A stretch of 63,806 bases of DNA, counting the filler, from Lama guanicoe (lineage: Eukaryota), in assembly GCA_013239625.1 (NCBI GenBank). It is 134 parts of 133 records of this genome, joined end to end, with 100 filler letters (N's around TTAATTAATTAA, not from the genome) between each part and the next. Parts side by side here need not be neighbours in the genome. Positions count along the whole stretch, not along the records: positions 63,607 to 63,806 come from PNXV01029942.1; 133 more parts are not named here. One strand, written 5' to 3'. The notes under the pieces were generated by a model. The model had not been told where the DNA came from. It saw nothing but the letters and a program-made list of their open reading frames with translations, and did no database searches. This document shows positions 63,607 to 63,806 of the stretch, piece by piece (within the stretch, counting starts at the first letter, position 1; the number at the start of each line of letters is the position of its first letter). A program made the translations under genes and the position numbers.

Positions 63607-63806
63607 CAGGTCTCAAGCGAGTCCCAGTGACGCACCCAGTCAAGTGAGGGTCCTCGGCCTCATGAGGGAAAGAATTCAAGAGCAAGCCATAGTAAAGTGA
63701 AAACAGATTTGTTAAGGGAGATATATGTTCCATAGACAGAGAGCAAGAGGCAGCCGTTGTGTTGGGGGTGGTTTGTTTTTATGGACTGGGTAATTTCATA
63801 TGCTAA
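63607..63806 (-). mobile_element. ERV1-like LTR, antisense
   Basis: tcctcggcctcatgagggaaagaattcaagagcaagccatagtaaagtgaaaacagattt. Confidence 0.6.

Noticed and set aside
41107..63806. CRISPR-like or cassette-like array of constant palindromic repeats with unique equal-length spacers
   Set aside because: The repeat is a synthetic linker embedded in N runs, the spacers are ordinary mammalian DNA, and there are no cas or integrase genes.

Overview
This is not a contiguous locus. It is an artificial concatenation of about 134 unrelated short mammalian contigs joined by a constant 100-bp linker (N44-TTAATTAATTAA-N44, stop codons in all six frames): 58 contigs of about 390-940 bp up to 41006, then 76 contigs of exactly 200 bp. 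tRNA-derived Vic-1-type SINEs and artiodactyl-type L1 ends point to a camelid (probably alpaca or another South American camelid) unplaced-contig bin. Content is mostly transposon debris (L1, L2, MIR, MLT1, MER5/MER20/MER2/MER3, ERV LTRs) plus three satellite types: ~249/242 bp, 267 bp, and a 7-bp AGAATAY array with higher-order structure. Recognisable gene fragments are a TRPV3 S3-S4 exon with unusual substitutions, two ANKRD26-like ankyrin exons, the FRG1 last exon, two TRAV segments with RSSs, an OR4N-type receptor fragment, a betaretroviral gag zinc knuckle, and a CTNNB1 exon 1 + intron 1 copy inserted into an old L1. No multi-gene system can be inferred because neighbouring contigs are unlinked. 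The best leads are the variant TRPV3 exon, the intron-retaining CTNNB1 copy and a CENP-B-box-like motif in the 267-bp satellite. All family assignments are from recalled reference sequences, not database searches.
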